Source: Vermamoeba vermiformis
Lineage: Eukaryota
NCBI GenBank assembly: GCA_045837725.1
Contig: JBEWZL010000239.1
Coordinates: 62,001-126,000, forward strand
Reading direction: 5' to 3'
DNA length: 64,000 bases
This document shows, piece after piece, positions 26,111 to 39,216 of the stretch; positions within the stretch are counted from its first letter, which is position 1; every line of letters begins with the position of its first letter. The notes under the pieces are model-generated. The model had not been told where the DNA came from. It did no database searches and worked only from the letters and a program-made list of their open reading frames with translations. The position numbers and the translations under genes are program-made.

Positions 26111-28072
26111 ATGCGAACTCTATTATTACTACCAATACCGAGTGGTAAGTAAGAAAGCAGATCGCAACTATGCTTTAGCTAAAACGATTTATTTTATTGC
26201 TTTAATTAATTCGATTATTGCTAGATATAAAAACGCTCGTAATTTGCATAATTACGGTGCAAATGCTTACAAAATCAAACTGCTCGCTGATTGTTCACCA
26301 ATCCAACGGAACCGACATTAAATTGAAAGCTACATACAATCCAAATTCACCGTGGCCATTCAATATTACTGGAAAGCTATTAGTGCTCACTTCAGAGCAA
26401 AAAGATCGAATTGACAATTTAGATCTGACGGATATAATTGTGTTTATCGGAAATTATTCGATGTATTCCGCCATAAACACCGTGGAATATAGTCACAATC
26501 TCATAAAGAAAATCTATAATGCTAATGGCATGGTAAGCGATTTTTCTGTTTATAAGAAAGGAATTTATTTGTCGATCACGAAACAGAGGGCAGTTTTCCG
26601 AAATTTAGCTTTTCTTTTGTGTTCAATTTAGTGCTAAATATGCATCACTAGGGTGTAATAGCGGTAAAACCAGAGCCTGATGCGTCCGAAAACAGTTTAA
26701 TCTACGTCATGACCTCATCTTACCTCCTGTTTCCGATCCCGTACGTAGCAATTAATAGAACGGTAAGTTATTCCTATCATAGGCAATTGATAAGTAATTG
26801 AGTTATAATTTGTGCAATTTATTCAGAATGAAGCAAAATTACGACAAAAATGGAACGAATCCAACGGGGAACTAATGGTAACTTTAATATCAGGTAAGTT
26901 GGAACGCTATCAATTACCAAAATAGTATTAACTTATAAAATTTCATTCTTGTATACCTCGTGTGCTCGGTAAATTGATATTCTAACATTATTTTAGACGA
27001 CTTCCCTTTGATCCAAGTTGGTCGGATGCCGCCAGTTGTCTTCTTCGTATCATTTACCTTGGCATGTGCTATAGCATCTTTTGTATACGTCGGACACCAA
27101 ATTTATCAATTCCGAGCCGGTTCAAGTTTCTCAAAAATTGCCTTGATCTGTTGCCTGATTTCAAACTCAGGTAAGGGCCCTACTAAACGCTTATTATTGT
27201 TCTAATTGTATTACATAGCACTAATAATAGAACGATCGCTCGTGCTGTCATTTGTCTACACGACCACGGTCCCTTTCCCGGTCATCACTTTATTCATCAT
27301 TGCCGGAGTTTTCTTCACGTACTTTGCCGCGTCGTACATTGGAATCTATTGGGCCACACTAGTGTTCACTGATATGCAAGTCGAAATGAACAGCAAAACA
27401 GCGTTCTGGTGTTTATTGGCTTACTACTTAGTAAGTGGATCCGGTGTGCCATACCTGGTTCCGTCCATTAAATTTCTTATCATAGCCCGCCTATCTTCTT
27501 GATACCTTCGGCAATGCATTCTACTTGCCCATCGCATACTACATTGAAATTATCTTCCTTGCCATAGCAGGGGTAAGAATGTTAAAGGGTCGTAAACCTT
27601 GTGTCTCACCGCAATTCCATTACACAGCTTCTGGCAACTTTTTTTATCGTCGTCGGTGCCAAACGAATTTACACATTGCAGCATATGGATGCAGGGATCA
27701 TAGAGAAGAGAAAAATGAAGCGCCGAGTAAGTTCAAAGTGTTGACACGTGTCACTTGGATCTTCCTTCGTTTTACTTACTAAGACATTAACTGCAGCTTA
27801 TTCCTCTCATCCTCGTGACTGGTTTTTGCATCTTTGCAATTCTGATCAGCACGACCATTGGCAAGTTCGTCAAAGTGCCTGGTGACGCCATCGGCACAGC
27901 GACCGTTCAAACCGTCACGCGGTGTTTCGTCGTATTCTTTACCGTGGCTGCAAATACAACTATATCCGCACTGTTCAAACAACCTAAAACAGAGGATTCG
28001 TCGACACAGGCGATGGAAAGCATGACGGGAGGCAAGAAATATTCCCGAGAACCTGATGTTTCAACTAGATGA
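26111..28072 (+). CDS. Putative multi-pass membrane protein with an N-terminal extracellular domain (exon structure approximate)
   Basis: Hydrophobic signal-like N-terminus, an N-glycosylation-rich ectodomain (NGT, NIT, NYS), several hydrophobic segments in successive exons (27008-27960) and a polar tail. Confidence 0.55.
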
Positions 28073-28537
28073 AGAGCAAATAGCAAGCGACGATTGATTG
28101 AACTCTGCAGTCATGAAGAGCAAGTCAGGCACGTCGTTAAGCATATGCTCCTCTCATTGCCGAACACTGTGTACAAAAATTCAAATCTCGCGCCGAGATT
28201 TTCTTGAAGAACGTCACGTGCGCCTGTGCGCTAGAGATCCTAAGGCCGATGATCGCTACATTGCTATTTAGCGTCATCTGCAAACGGAAGATACTTACTG
28301 TGACTCATCGCGTATGCACTATGCAATATGCAGTGCTGTGCAATCATAAAGAATAAGCCAGTTTTAGGTTTCGTTGAATTTTTCCTTGCCAAACGCAAAA
28401 ATTACGGCTGTTAATCAGGGCCAAAAAAATACCAGTTCTTATTAACGCCGTGCAGACAAAAGCGGCTATACCTTTCTTATTTCTTGCCGCCAGTATCATT
28501 ATCTTTTGTTGCTCGCAGACTTGTAGTATAAACGAAC

Positions 28538-28973
28538 ATGCTCGCGAATCGTAATACGAGAAATGCATTTACTTATGTTGAAGGTGATTATTTTTTGCGG
28601 CTTCTAGTACTTTCTGTCTATAAAAATTCGAATTATATTAGTGCTAATTTGCAAGGATTACGAAATTAGTAAAATAGACTCATCTTCTTCGATTTTTCCA
28701 GGTCACTGTACGCTGCCTTATTCGCCAAAACAAGTCATTACTTGGACAGCGGAAGAAGTTGCTGATGGGGCACGAAAATACTTGTACTTTCGGTACGAAC
28801 ACCAAGTAGCATTGTTAATACAGGCGAAACTTAATGGTCGTAAACTCCTTTCCATCAACACAATAGAGGAGTTAATGATTAAAGTAAATTTAGTTTATGG
28901 GCCTGCTTCGAAACTGTGGAATGCGATCAAAAAACTGAAAAATCAGCTCAGTCAACCGGGAATGCACAAATAA
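28538..28973 (+). CDS. Small SAM-domain protein (2 exons)
   Basis: Exon 1 MLANRNTRNAFTYVE splices in phase to an acceptor at 28701. Exon 2 VITWTAEEVAD...LNGRKLLSI..EELMIKVNLVYGPASKLWNAIKKL fits the SAM pattern (W..E.V, G..LL, GP..KL..AI). Confidence 0.6.
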
Positions 28974-29291
28974 TCCTTTGTAGTGACAACCATGTTACAT
29001 AATAATTTTGTCCGAACGCAAAATAACAAACGCAACTTGTCATATTCCTCAGTTAATAAACGAACGCATGTCATTGTGCATTAACCCTTTTACGAAAAGA
29101 GTATCTCCAATCTCAGGTCGAGCCGGTTACTACCAGAGAACGATTCAAATGAAAGCAATCGATCCGCGCTTCTGTATGACGGAGCGAATAACATTTATCA
29201 TGTAACTCTGACAAGAAAACTGATTCAGAACAAAAAACAATAAATAAAGCTTTATTTTTAGCACAAGTCAAGTTCTGCAAATATTACGCAC

Positions 29292-31591
29292 TTATTGGTT
29301 GTTGTTTCTTCGTTGCCAGGCCTGTTGTGCTTCCAGTGCAAAATTGCCTCCGAATCCACCTTGTGGCTGAGATTGTTGTCTCGGCGCACCGCCCTGTTGT
29401 TGATGACCGTGGTCTTGCGGCACTTTGTTCAACTTGGATCTGTCGAAGCCTTGAATGCCACTGCTCAAACCGCCCGAGGGAGGTGGAGGCGGGGCAGCAG
29501 GGGCACCTCCACTATTGCCAAAAACGTCACTCGGGCCATCATCAAAAAAAGGATTGGGTTGTTGTTGCTGTTGTTGCTGAGGCGCGGATCCACCAGTGCG
29601 CATAGCAGGACGAGAAGATGAGCCGGGCATAGGCATCTCGTCGTCATCGTCGTACGGGTTGGGTCGCTTGGCAGGCTGAGAAGGTGCGCTGGGGGCACTA
29701 GGAGCGCCTTGAGGACCGCGATAGAAATCTTCGCGGGGTGAAGGGAGGTTCTGTTGCACGGAGGCTTGTTGGTTGACTTGCGGGACTTGGTGTTGAGTGA
29801 CAGGTTGCACGGGCACTTGCGGGGCTTGTGGGGGCTGTTGAGCGGGTTGAGCCACAGCGCCAGTCTTAGCACCACGCTCTAATTGTCTGATGGTGTCTTG
29901 CGCCTCTTTCAATTGCTTGGCCAAGTCAGCTGAGCGTTGTCTTTCAGCGATCAAATCTGCCTTCAACGCCTCGAGTTGTTTTTGTGAGTCCTTGTATTTC
30001 TCAGCAAATGATCGTTCTTCGCGTCTCTTAATGGCCAATTGGTGGTTGGTCTGAGCGGAGGCCAACAAATTGTTCGGCAAAACAACGGGCAATTCCATAC
30101 CTGAAAAAAAGAATTAATTTTAGCTCGTAATAATCAGCTATGCGTACCTTGTTTCTTCATATCAACCAAGTGCATGGCAATGCAGAACTCAATGAGGGAC
30201 AATTGATCGTCCTTGTCAGCATCAGCGATGGCCCAGATCTGACCAACAGCACCGAAGCTCATGCCTTGCTTGCCAAAAATATCCATGGCCATGTGTGAGG
30301 GAATCTTGCCGGTCTCTTCGAGATCAATCTTTGCAAACATTTCTTCGTACTGTTCTTGCTTGTCACCCGGAATGTTCCACACGTCAGTCAAGTTGCCAGA
30401 AGGTGTGGGTTGGAAGGAGGGTGTGGCCATTGAGGAGCCAGTGGTGCCCGTGCTACTGAAGCCACCGAGAGTAGGTGTGGAGCCCAATGTCGGCAACGAC
30501 AACGAGGACGAGGAGAAGCTGGTGAGCGGTGAGGTAAGACCGCCAGGAGTGGGGTTTGAGCCCAACGGGTTCGTGCTGAACACGTTCAAACTGGGCGAAG
30601 AGTACGCGCTCAATGAGGGCGTGTCGGGCTGTGACAACACAGTTTGAATGGACTGCACGAGCGCAGCGGGCACGGCACGTGGCAAAGGCTGACCTTTCAA
30701 ACGAGCGTAGGTCAAGCCCATGGCCAACAAGTACTCGCGCAAGTTCAATCTGCCGTCCTTGTCAGTGTCTGCGAGCTCCCATAATGTAATCAAGTCTTCT
30801 TTGCTGATCGTGGTCTTTTCGAAGATCTGTTGTTTGGCTTCGAGACCAGTAATGTAACCATCGCGATCTGTGTCGTATTGTGGGAATAAAGCGCGGTACT
30901 TTGTAAGGTGCTCGGTCATGTTCCAGTTGAACTAAATGTTTATTAGATAATTTAAACGAAAATTCAAAAGCTCGAAAGAGAAAATCTTTTTTACGCCCGG
31001 CAAACAAAATCAAAGTTAAAACTGATCTAGTTTAAGAATAATAATTATAGCGTTATATAATAGCAAATAAAATTATTTTAAATTTTCTTAAATCGCTTTG
31101 AATTATCGCAATTTTTAGATTCGGGAGATTGAAAAAATAAATTCAAACTCACCCCTGAAGCATCGGTACTAGCGGAAGTTTGCGAGACAAATCTTCTAGG
31201 AGGCAATTGAATTCCAGTAAAATTAGGAAAACCGTGCTGAACGGCTGGGTTGGTAGCCTCATCTACTGACAAAGGTTTTCCGCTTTGAAACAATGCACAA
31301 AGACGTAAAGCCAAATAAAAATCGTCTCTTGAAGGGCTATATTATTATAATTAATACCAGCTCATTATTAATTTTTTGAACATTTTCCGATTGTTACCTT
31401 TGAGGAATGGTGGGATTAACAAGCTCCCAAATCTGCGCCAAAGTTAACTGAGGGATAGCAGTCTTGCGTAATAATTCAACCACATCATTTGTTCTCAGCT
31501 GTCCGTCATGATCCGAGTCGATAGTGTTAAACAAGTAGTCATAGACTTCTCGCTCTTGTTGATCGAGCTGGACTTGTCTTCGTCTTTGCAT
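29292..31591 (-). CDS. EH-domain endocytic adaptor (Eps15/Pan1-like): three EH domains, coiled coil, NPF, Pro-rich and WH2-like tail
   Basis: Three EH/EF-hand units (DSDHDGQL...LAQIWEL; DTDRDGYI...LWELADTDKDGRLNLREYLLAM; IWAIADADKDDQLSLIEFCIAMHLV), then NPFFDD, APPPPP and SSGIQGFDRSKLNKV. Confidence 0.85.
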
Positions 31592-31934
31592 TTTATAAAT
31601 TGATAAAAATAAACAAAGAGCTTTGTTTCGCTCCTAAAACTACAAAAATTATATGAGCAATTTTTTGTCTTCAGTTTTTCCTTCGCTCGAATTGCGGCGA
31701 CGGAATTTTGACCAAATATTTTACCTATTGAAAATGAAGAAAAGAAGTAGCATATGATAAGAGGCTCTCGGTAAGGCTGGTTTGCAAAGACGTAAAATAC
31801 CGAAATTGAAATGAGTTCCGAATGGGATCCACAAGTCACATTTAACGCTGCAAGGTATAATTTCATGCTGCCTCAAATATATCGTACAAAGATAGATTTA
31901 CAACGTTTATTATTTTGCAAAAGTACGCGAGAAA

Positions 31935-34900
31935 TTACTGCGTGGTGCTCGGTTGTGGCGTTACTTGCGCTTGTAATTTCTTATACTCGTTACGTAGCAG
32001 CTGTAACTTCGCTTTGTATGATTCTGTTGCGAAAACAAGGTCAGATCTAGCGAGTCCAACACAGATCTTCAAATCTACTTACCAATTTCTTTAACTGAGA
32101 GCTCTAACTTCACCTTCAAATCATTATTTTCTTTAGCCGTTAATTCAGTCCTTTGAACCATCTGTTGGAAGGTCTGATGGTTCTTTTGTTCAATTTCTTT
32201 GTTCTTTCGGAGTACTTGTAACGTCTGTTGATAGTTCTCTTTCAATTCAGCTATTTCTGATTTGACCGTGCTTTCGGTCTTAAGTTGCTTCTTAAGCTCT
32301 TCAATCTCCTTAATGTAGCCCTAAAGACATTATTAGAACTTGTTTCCAGATCGCATCTGAATCCGAACTTACGTTAATAGTCTTAGTCTTCTCCTCTTCA
32401 GATTTTTTGACTTTTTGCAAGGTCTGTGCAAATAATAATTTCAAGTCATCAACCTCTTTCTTGAGCAAGAGCTCAGACTTGATGTGTTTCTTCAACTCTT
32501 CGTTTTGACGTGCCAACTGTTCCTCGCGTTGTCTGTCAGGGCCAGGACTAGACATAAAGCTCATATGATCAAATGAACCTCCGTATGATAACGACATTGG
32601 CGAGGTCTCGTATGCAATAGAATGACGGGCCTGCATAACAATTAGCAACTATTTCCTAGTTGCATAAAGTGTCTATCTTACCATGATTGGCGTGCTCGGT
32701 GAATCGAAGTCAGGTCGTCGCACCAAATAAGGACTGTTCGGAGCATCACCTGCTTCCGATGTACGACGCACAAGTGTCGGGGTGAGAGTAGGCGTGCTAG
32801 TTTCAGGGGCACCAGACTCAGTCAAACGGCGCATCAAGGTCTGTTTCTCGGTGGCGTAGCTGAACAACAAGTTCTGCTTCTCCTTTTCGAAGCGCTCTTG
32901 TTGGACTTGAAGAGCGTTACGAGCAGACAGGAGCTCTTGTTGCAAGTTGGCGATTTGAGATTGCAAGTCGTGTTCCATGGTCATAAGTTGCTGATACTGC
33001 GCGATTTGGTGACGCAACTACATAGCATCATGAGTACAAAGCCATAAACACTGTGTTTTACGTACCTTGGCGTGTTCTTCTTTCAAAAATTCAAAGTTCT
33101 CTTCGCTGTAGTTCAAATCGGTCTTCGAGTCAAGACCGCCAGATGAACGACGAAGGTTCTCTAGATGTGAGACACGTGCCTTCAAGTTGTTGTTGTCTTC
33201 AATCAAACTGGAGACTTGTTTGACCAGCTTCTCATTCTCAAGCTCGAAATTGGATGTCTCCAACTTAATCGCTTGCATTTCAAGATTCCTTTTTAAAATC
33301 ATTAGGACCTGTTCGTGCTTGTAACATTAGCCCAAACTTACTTAATCTCGACTCGCTTGCGCTCTTCAGTAACCAGGGCATTAAGTTTCTTGACTTCGAC
33401 GTCAAATTTCTCACGCTCTTCCTTCGTGGCTTTAACGAACTCGTCGTGTCGAATAGTAGAGTGATTGAGCTTCTCTTTCAACTCGTCGAGCTCACGTTGA
33501 AGTTCAGCAGAGTTGTTAGGAGCAACCTCAACAGGCGGTGCAGATTTGAGTGCAGCAAGTTCATCGCGGACTACTTGCAAGTCATTGGTCAATTGTGCGA
33601 CTTGTTCAGCGTGCTTCTTCTTGGTCTCATCGAGCAGTTTGTTTGAGCTCTGAAGTTCTTCGCGGAGCTTAGCGGCTTGATCAGGGGCAATATCAGCTGA
33701 GCCTCGTGTAGCACCAATCTTCAACTGACCACCGCTCGTGTTCAGCGTCTGTCGTTGCATGGCTTGAAGCTCCTTTTGAAGAGACTCGATCTGAGCACCG
33801 AGATTCTCTTTGGTAGCTTGAAGCTCGCCTTCGTGCTCAACTTTTGATGTGACCAAGTCATTTTCCATTGAAGTCAACTGGAGCTTGGTGACCTCAAGTT
33901 GGGTCTTCAAGTCCTTAATCTCTTCGCGTGCAGTGCCTAATTCAGCTTCGAGTTTAGCGTTGTCTTCATTAGCCTTGCCGTAGTTGGCCTTGTCCTTGTT
34001 AAGCTCGTCAATGCTGTTCTGCAACTTCTCATTCTCTTGGTGCAAAGAGCTGATTCGTTGCTCGAGTTCTGCCTTTTCAGCGCTCAATTTGTCAACTGCT
34101 TCGCTGCTTCCAGTAGAGCGTTCCTTCAACTTATCTAGCTCTGCCTTCAATGCCTCTTTTTCAGCATTGGCACCCTCAACGTCCTTTCGTTGAGTCTCAA
34201 GTGAGGCTTGAAGGGTCTTAATCTCTTCTTCAAGCGATGCCTTGGCAGCGTTCAAATTCTCGACGAGAGCGTTGTTTGCAGTGAGCCCTTCCTTCAACTG
34301 TGCAATTTCTGCGTTCAAGTTGTTCTTTTCGCTAGTCATTTGATCCAACTGTTGGTGCAAACCAGCGGTGACGTTATTAATAGAGGCCTCGTTGGATAAG
34401 ACCTTGGACTGCAAGGACTTGACGGTTTCTTCGAGGCTTGCTTTAGAAGCATTGAGTTCTTCAACGAGTACGTTGTTCGAAGTAATAGTCTCGTTGAGTC
34501 TTTCTAATTCGCTGCTCAACTTGGCCTTCTCTTCATTCGCCTGTGCCAAGTCTTGCTTCAACTTGTCCACGACACCATCTTGTGAGGACTCGTCGGTTGA
34601 GAGCTTCTCTTGCAGAGACTTGAGGTCTTGCTCGAGGGCTGCCTTCTCGCTGGTCAACTGCTCCACGAGAGAGCCGTTAGCAGTGACACTCTCCTTCAAT
34701 TGATTGAGCTCCTCTTCTAGCTTGGTCTTCTCACTAGTGACCTGCTCCAATTGTTGTTGCAGTCCGCTAGCATCGTTTTGAGAGCTCTGTGAGGATGCAA
34801 GTTGATCTTGCAAGGTCTTCAATTGTCCGCTCAACTGTTCTCGTGCTTCGGTGGCCGATTTGAGCTCGTTTTGCACGTTGCTCAATTGCTCGGTCAGGCT

Positions 34901-37900
34901 TGTAATGGTCGAAGACAACGATTCATTTTCTTCTTGGAGCTTGGCTACCTCTTCAGAAGCCTTGTTAGCGTCGGGTGAAGGCGTAGTGGATTTCTTGGCC
35001 TTCTCCTCCTGCAGCATTATTTAATTAGTTACGAAATTCGCAGAATTATTTGTTGAGACTTACAGCTTCGTGCAACTGCTTTGTAAGTGATTGATTTTGC
35101 TTCTGCAAGTGCTTGTTATCCTTTTCAAGAGCCTCGCTATTAGCCACAAGTTGCTCCATGATTCGGTTCGTCTCTTCGTACTTTTCGGTCAAATCTTTGA
35201 CTTTTGCTTCAGCAGACGATAGTTGATCCTTCAACTGCAAGTTATCAACGTTCAAATTGCGCAGTTGATTCTCTTGCAAGTCAATTACTTCGTTCTGCAG
35301 CGCTTGATTTTGTTCTTCAAGCTTTTGTACGCGTCGGCTCTCCGAGTCGTAGAGCTCTTGCATTTCCTTCAGCTGAGCAGCTAACTCTGAATTATCGGTG
35401 TCGTTGCTAGGAGCAGGAGTAGGAGCAGTTCCATTCTCGACTGGTTTTTGTTTCGCCAACTCCTCGATCTGCTTTTCGTACTCCTTGTTCTTGACCTCAA
35501 GCTCGTCGACCATTGCTAAAAATCCATTAATATCGCATAGTTTACAGGATAATTCGACTTACCTTTGAACGTGGTATTTTCCAAGTCGAGTTCAGTTCGC
35601 AACTGCTTTTCGAGCAAGATCTGTTGCTTAACTTTCTCGAGTTTGCTCTTCAAGACTCCTGCAATCAAATATTAGATAAATGGTAATTTGTTTTGTATCG
35701 TTGATATTACCGAAATCGCGTTGGAATTTGTTCAGATCATCTTGCAACTGAGCAGATTTGGCAGCTTCAGCCGACAACTTAGCTTGCAACTCTTCTTGAA
35801 CATTGGAAGAAGCCTCTCCATTCGTAGTATTGGCTGCAGCGTTCTCACTAAGCGACTTGAGCTCTTGTTTCAACGCATCCACCTCTTTAGTTTTCTGATC
35901 ACGTTCGCTTTCAAGCTGAGCCACCGTTGCTTGTTGTTGCGCCAATTTGCTTTCAGATTCAACGAGCTTAGCGCTGACGTCATTCAACTTGGCCTGAAGT
36001 TCTTGTTTCAAAGATTCCAACTCTTGGACCTTTTGATCGCGATCCCCTTCACCTTGCTTTAAGAACTCTTGCTGCTTCGCTAACTGTTGTTCGGACTCGC
36101 TTAACTTGTTTGTAATCTCGTGCAATTTTGTTTCATGCTCTTGCTTCAAGGACTCTAACTCCTTAGCCTTCTGATCTCGATCGGATTCGATCTGCTTGAC
36201 CAGAGAGTCGTGTTGAGTAAACTTGGCTTCGTATTCGATGACCTTATCATTGATTTCTTTAAGCTTAGTTTGCAGCTCTTGCTTGAGATTTTCAACGTCT
36301 TTAGCCTTTTGATCTCGTTCAGCCTCGATCTGCTTTGTAACGAGTTGTTGCTCAGCGAGCTTAGTCTCAGAGTCGCTTAGCTTATCGTTAACATCCTTCA
36401 ACTGATTTTGCAAATTAGCCAATTGAGCATCACGTTCTTTAACTTCTATCTGCAGGCTCTCGACGGTCTTGGAATGCTCCTGAAAAGAGCATTAGTACGA
36501 GAACAGATCTGACTTCATAAATTACTTACCTGCTTAAGTTTGTTATGTTCAGCATCAACAGCTTGGAACTTTTGCTCCAATTCGTGATAACTCTTTTCTT
36601 GCAAAGTAGCACGAGCAGCGTCGAGATCAGAAGTCAACTTTACAATCTCTTGAGCCTTTTCGTTATCGCCTGCCGCCTTAGTCATAGCATCTATATATAA
36701 ATAATCATGATTAGCCTCAGTAAAATCGAATTTGAAGAAAAAAAATATTGCGGATCTCGATCGGATCTACGTACCGATTTTTTCTTGCTCAGTCTTCTTG
36801 ACGAGGTTCTCCAATCTCACAGCGTTGTTCTTGTGTTCTGCAATCTCTTCGCGGTTCTTCTCGAGCAATGTAATCAACTCGTCGTTTTTCTCAGTTTGTT
36901 CTCTCAACAGCTTCTCGGTCTGTTCGATTTTCATGCCCATCGACAAATTCTCAGTAATCGACTCTTGCAGCTTAGTATCCAACTCCTTCACTTTAATAGT
37001 CTTCTGATCCAATTGGTTTTGCAAATGAGTGATGCTCAGCTCTTGTTTTTTGTTCGACAACTCCAACTCTTCAATGCGTGATTTGTAGCTGTCATTTGCA
37101 GCTCCTGATTCACTACTAACTTTTTTCAATTGTTCTTCGAGAGTTTTAATCTGTTCTGATTTTTCTTTCAAAGTGTTATTGAACGTGTTCGTAGAATCTT
37201 CGAGTTTCTTATTAAAAGTCGTTTCTTGGTGTCGCAATTGTTCCATCAACGCAGCAACTTGTTCGTCTTTGGCACCGCCATTCGAAGAAATTAAATCATC
37301 GAGTTGTTTTTTTGCAGTCTCATAATCACGTTTCAAAGCGCCGTAATTATCTTTTTCAACGCCCAATTTAGCTTTCATTTCTTCAAGTTCCTGACGCAAC
37401 GAAACTGCTTCGAGAGATTTGCTCGCTACAATAGATTAAGTTAATATGCAGACCTTATAATTATGTTACTTGATTGGAAGCGCAGTTTACTCGAATCAGT
37501 GTTCGCGTGGAGCAGATCCGTTTGCAAATTGACGTTCGATGTGGTCAGCTGTGCAATCTCTCCTTGGAGTTTTTCATTTTCACGCTTCAATTGCTTGTTT
37601 TCTTCCTCTAACTTGCTCACCTAAAAATTCACGTTAAACGTGACCACTAACTTAGTGAAGCAATTATATCACGTTATCCGCCTTGGACAGCATGAAAATA
37701 CAAGTGTATCAATACACTTAATAGACTAATTGACACGGAAAAGTATAAAACTGAAGTGTCACCGATGTAAGTACTGATGACAGGTGTCAAACTGAAACTT
37801 ACATCAACTTGAGGCTTGAGATCGTTGCTCGAGGAGTTCAAACTGTTCGGGCCAGCGTTAGGATTGACAGGTGAGAACTGTGCGCTCTGTCGTTGTCCCT

Positions 37901-39041
37901 TGCCACCAATCAACACGCGCTCGGGGGTTGCAGGTCCTGCAGTGCCACCAGGATTTGACGCAGTGGACGGTCGTCTTTGCAATGGAGGTGCACCACCGCC
38001 TATAGTACCTTTGCGTGACGCTGGTGAAGTTGTCGCAGATCCAGGTCCCGTAGAGTTGGTCAAATTGTTATCTCGTGCAGGGGTCGTTGGAGTCTTGGCA
38101 TTAGCCACTGCAGGTGTTTTGGGCGAATTACTTTGCGGCGAAGTCGTTTGTGGTGTTAAAGGACCCATTGTTATTTTTTGGCCGCCTTTCAGCTTTTGCA
38201 ACCAGCCGATCCATTTTTCTTTTTCGGCCTATTTGCAATTTATTAATTGATTTTCATTATAAATAAAATACGAGTATTATATAATTAATATTATGGGTAG
38301 ATTGGTTAGAACTCATATTGACTGGAATATTCAATGCCGTAAAGATTCTTAAGTGCACAACGGCAGATCTCTCGTTTAGATTATCTTATAATTTGCAAAA
38401 TAAATATGACAGAAACATGCAGGTAATAACGATGTCAATTCAATGCGCAGATGAATTTGTAGAGCTGACAACAGATCTTTCTAGAAGAAAGAACACTTAC
38501 CGGACCCTCAGCTGATAAATAATAAATTCTAGCAGAAGTATCAATTGTAAATCCACAATCTCCAACTTTTTTATCGTGCACCTGAATAAACACGTCAATA
38601 AGAATTTCCGCTTGGCCATCTGGCTGGATCTGACTTACTTGAATCGACGGACCAACAAGATTAATTTCAGCTAACGAAATATAACCCAATATTGTCGTAT
38701 CATTCGGTGTTTTCCTATTTTTGAGGGAAGTTAATTGGCGTAGGTTAAAAAATCAATATCACATTAAATAGCCAATTTATGCTTTATTTTAATTAAACTA
38801 TTTATTAAAAAATGTAATCAATAATTTGGCATAATAAATACGAATTTATATAAACTGTAGGTCAGTTGGAAAATTCGATCCGCAGTAAAAAAACCCGTAA
38901 CAATTACTACGGCACTATTAATATGCTCAATACTTACTTATAATCAATGCACTTCGTTGTATCATTATAACAGAACCACCGTTTCTGCCATTGTTTTAAT
39001 CCAGTTGGTGATTGTTTGTATAACCACCCGGAATAGTCCAT
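31935..39041 (-). CDS. Large N-terminal PH domain plus very long coiled-coil protein (multi-exon)
   Basis: Start MDYSGWLYKQSPTGLKQWQKRWF at 39041, then GYISL...FTIDTSARIYYLSAE|..EKWIG.LQ (PH), an S/T/P-rich linker and over 1,300 aa of heptad-rich exons. Last exon ESYKAKLQLLRNEYKKLQAQVTPQPSTTQ* ends at 31935. Confidence 0.82.
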
Positions 39042-39216
39042 TTACAACATAAGAAACTATATAATACAAATAAATATAATATGTAAAGAATACTATTCAC
39101 CACAAACGATGACTTGAAGAACTAAACAAAAAAAATCAATGGTCGTAATTTTCAGGTGCGCGCTGTCAAACAACATATTAGCGAGGCGTAATACTACCTT
39201 CATCTAATAATATGCA

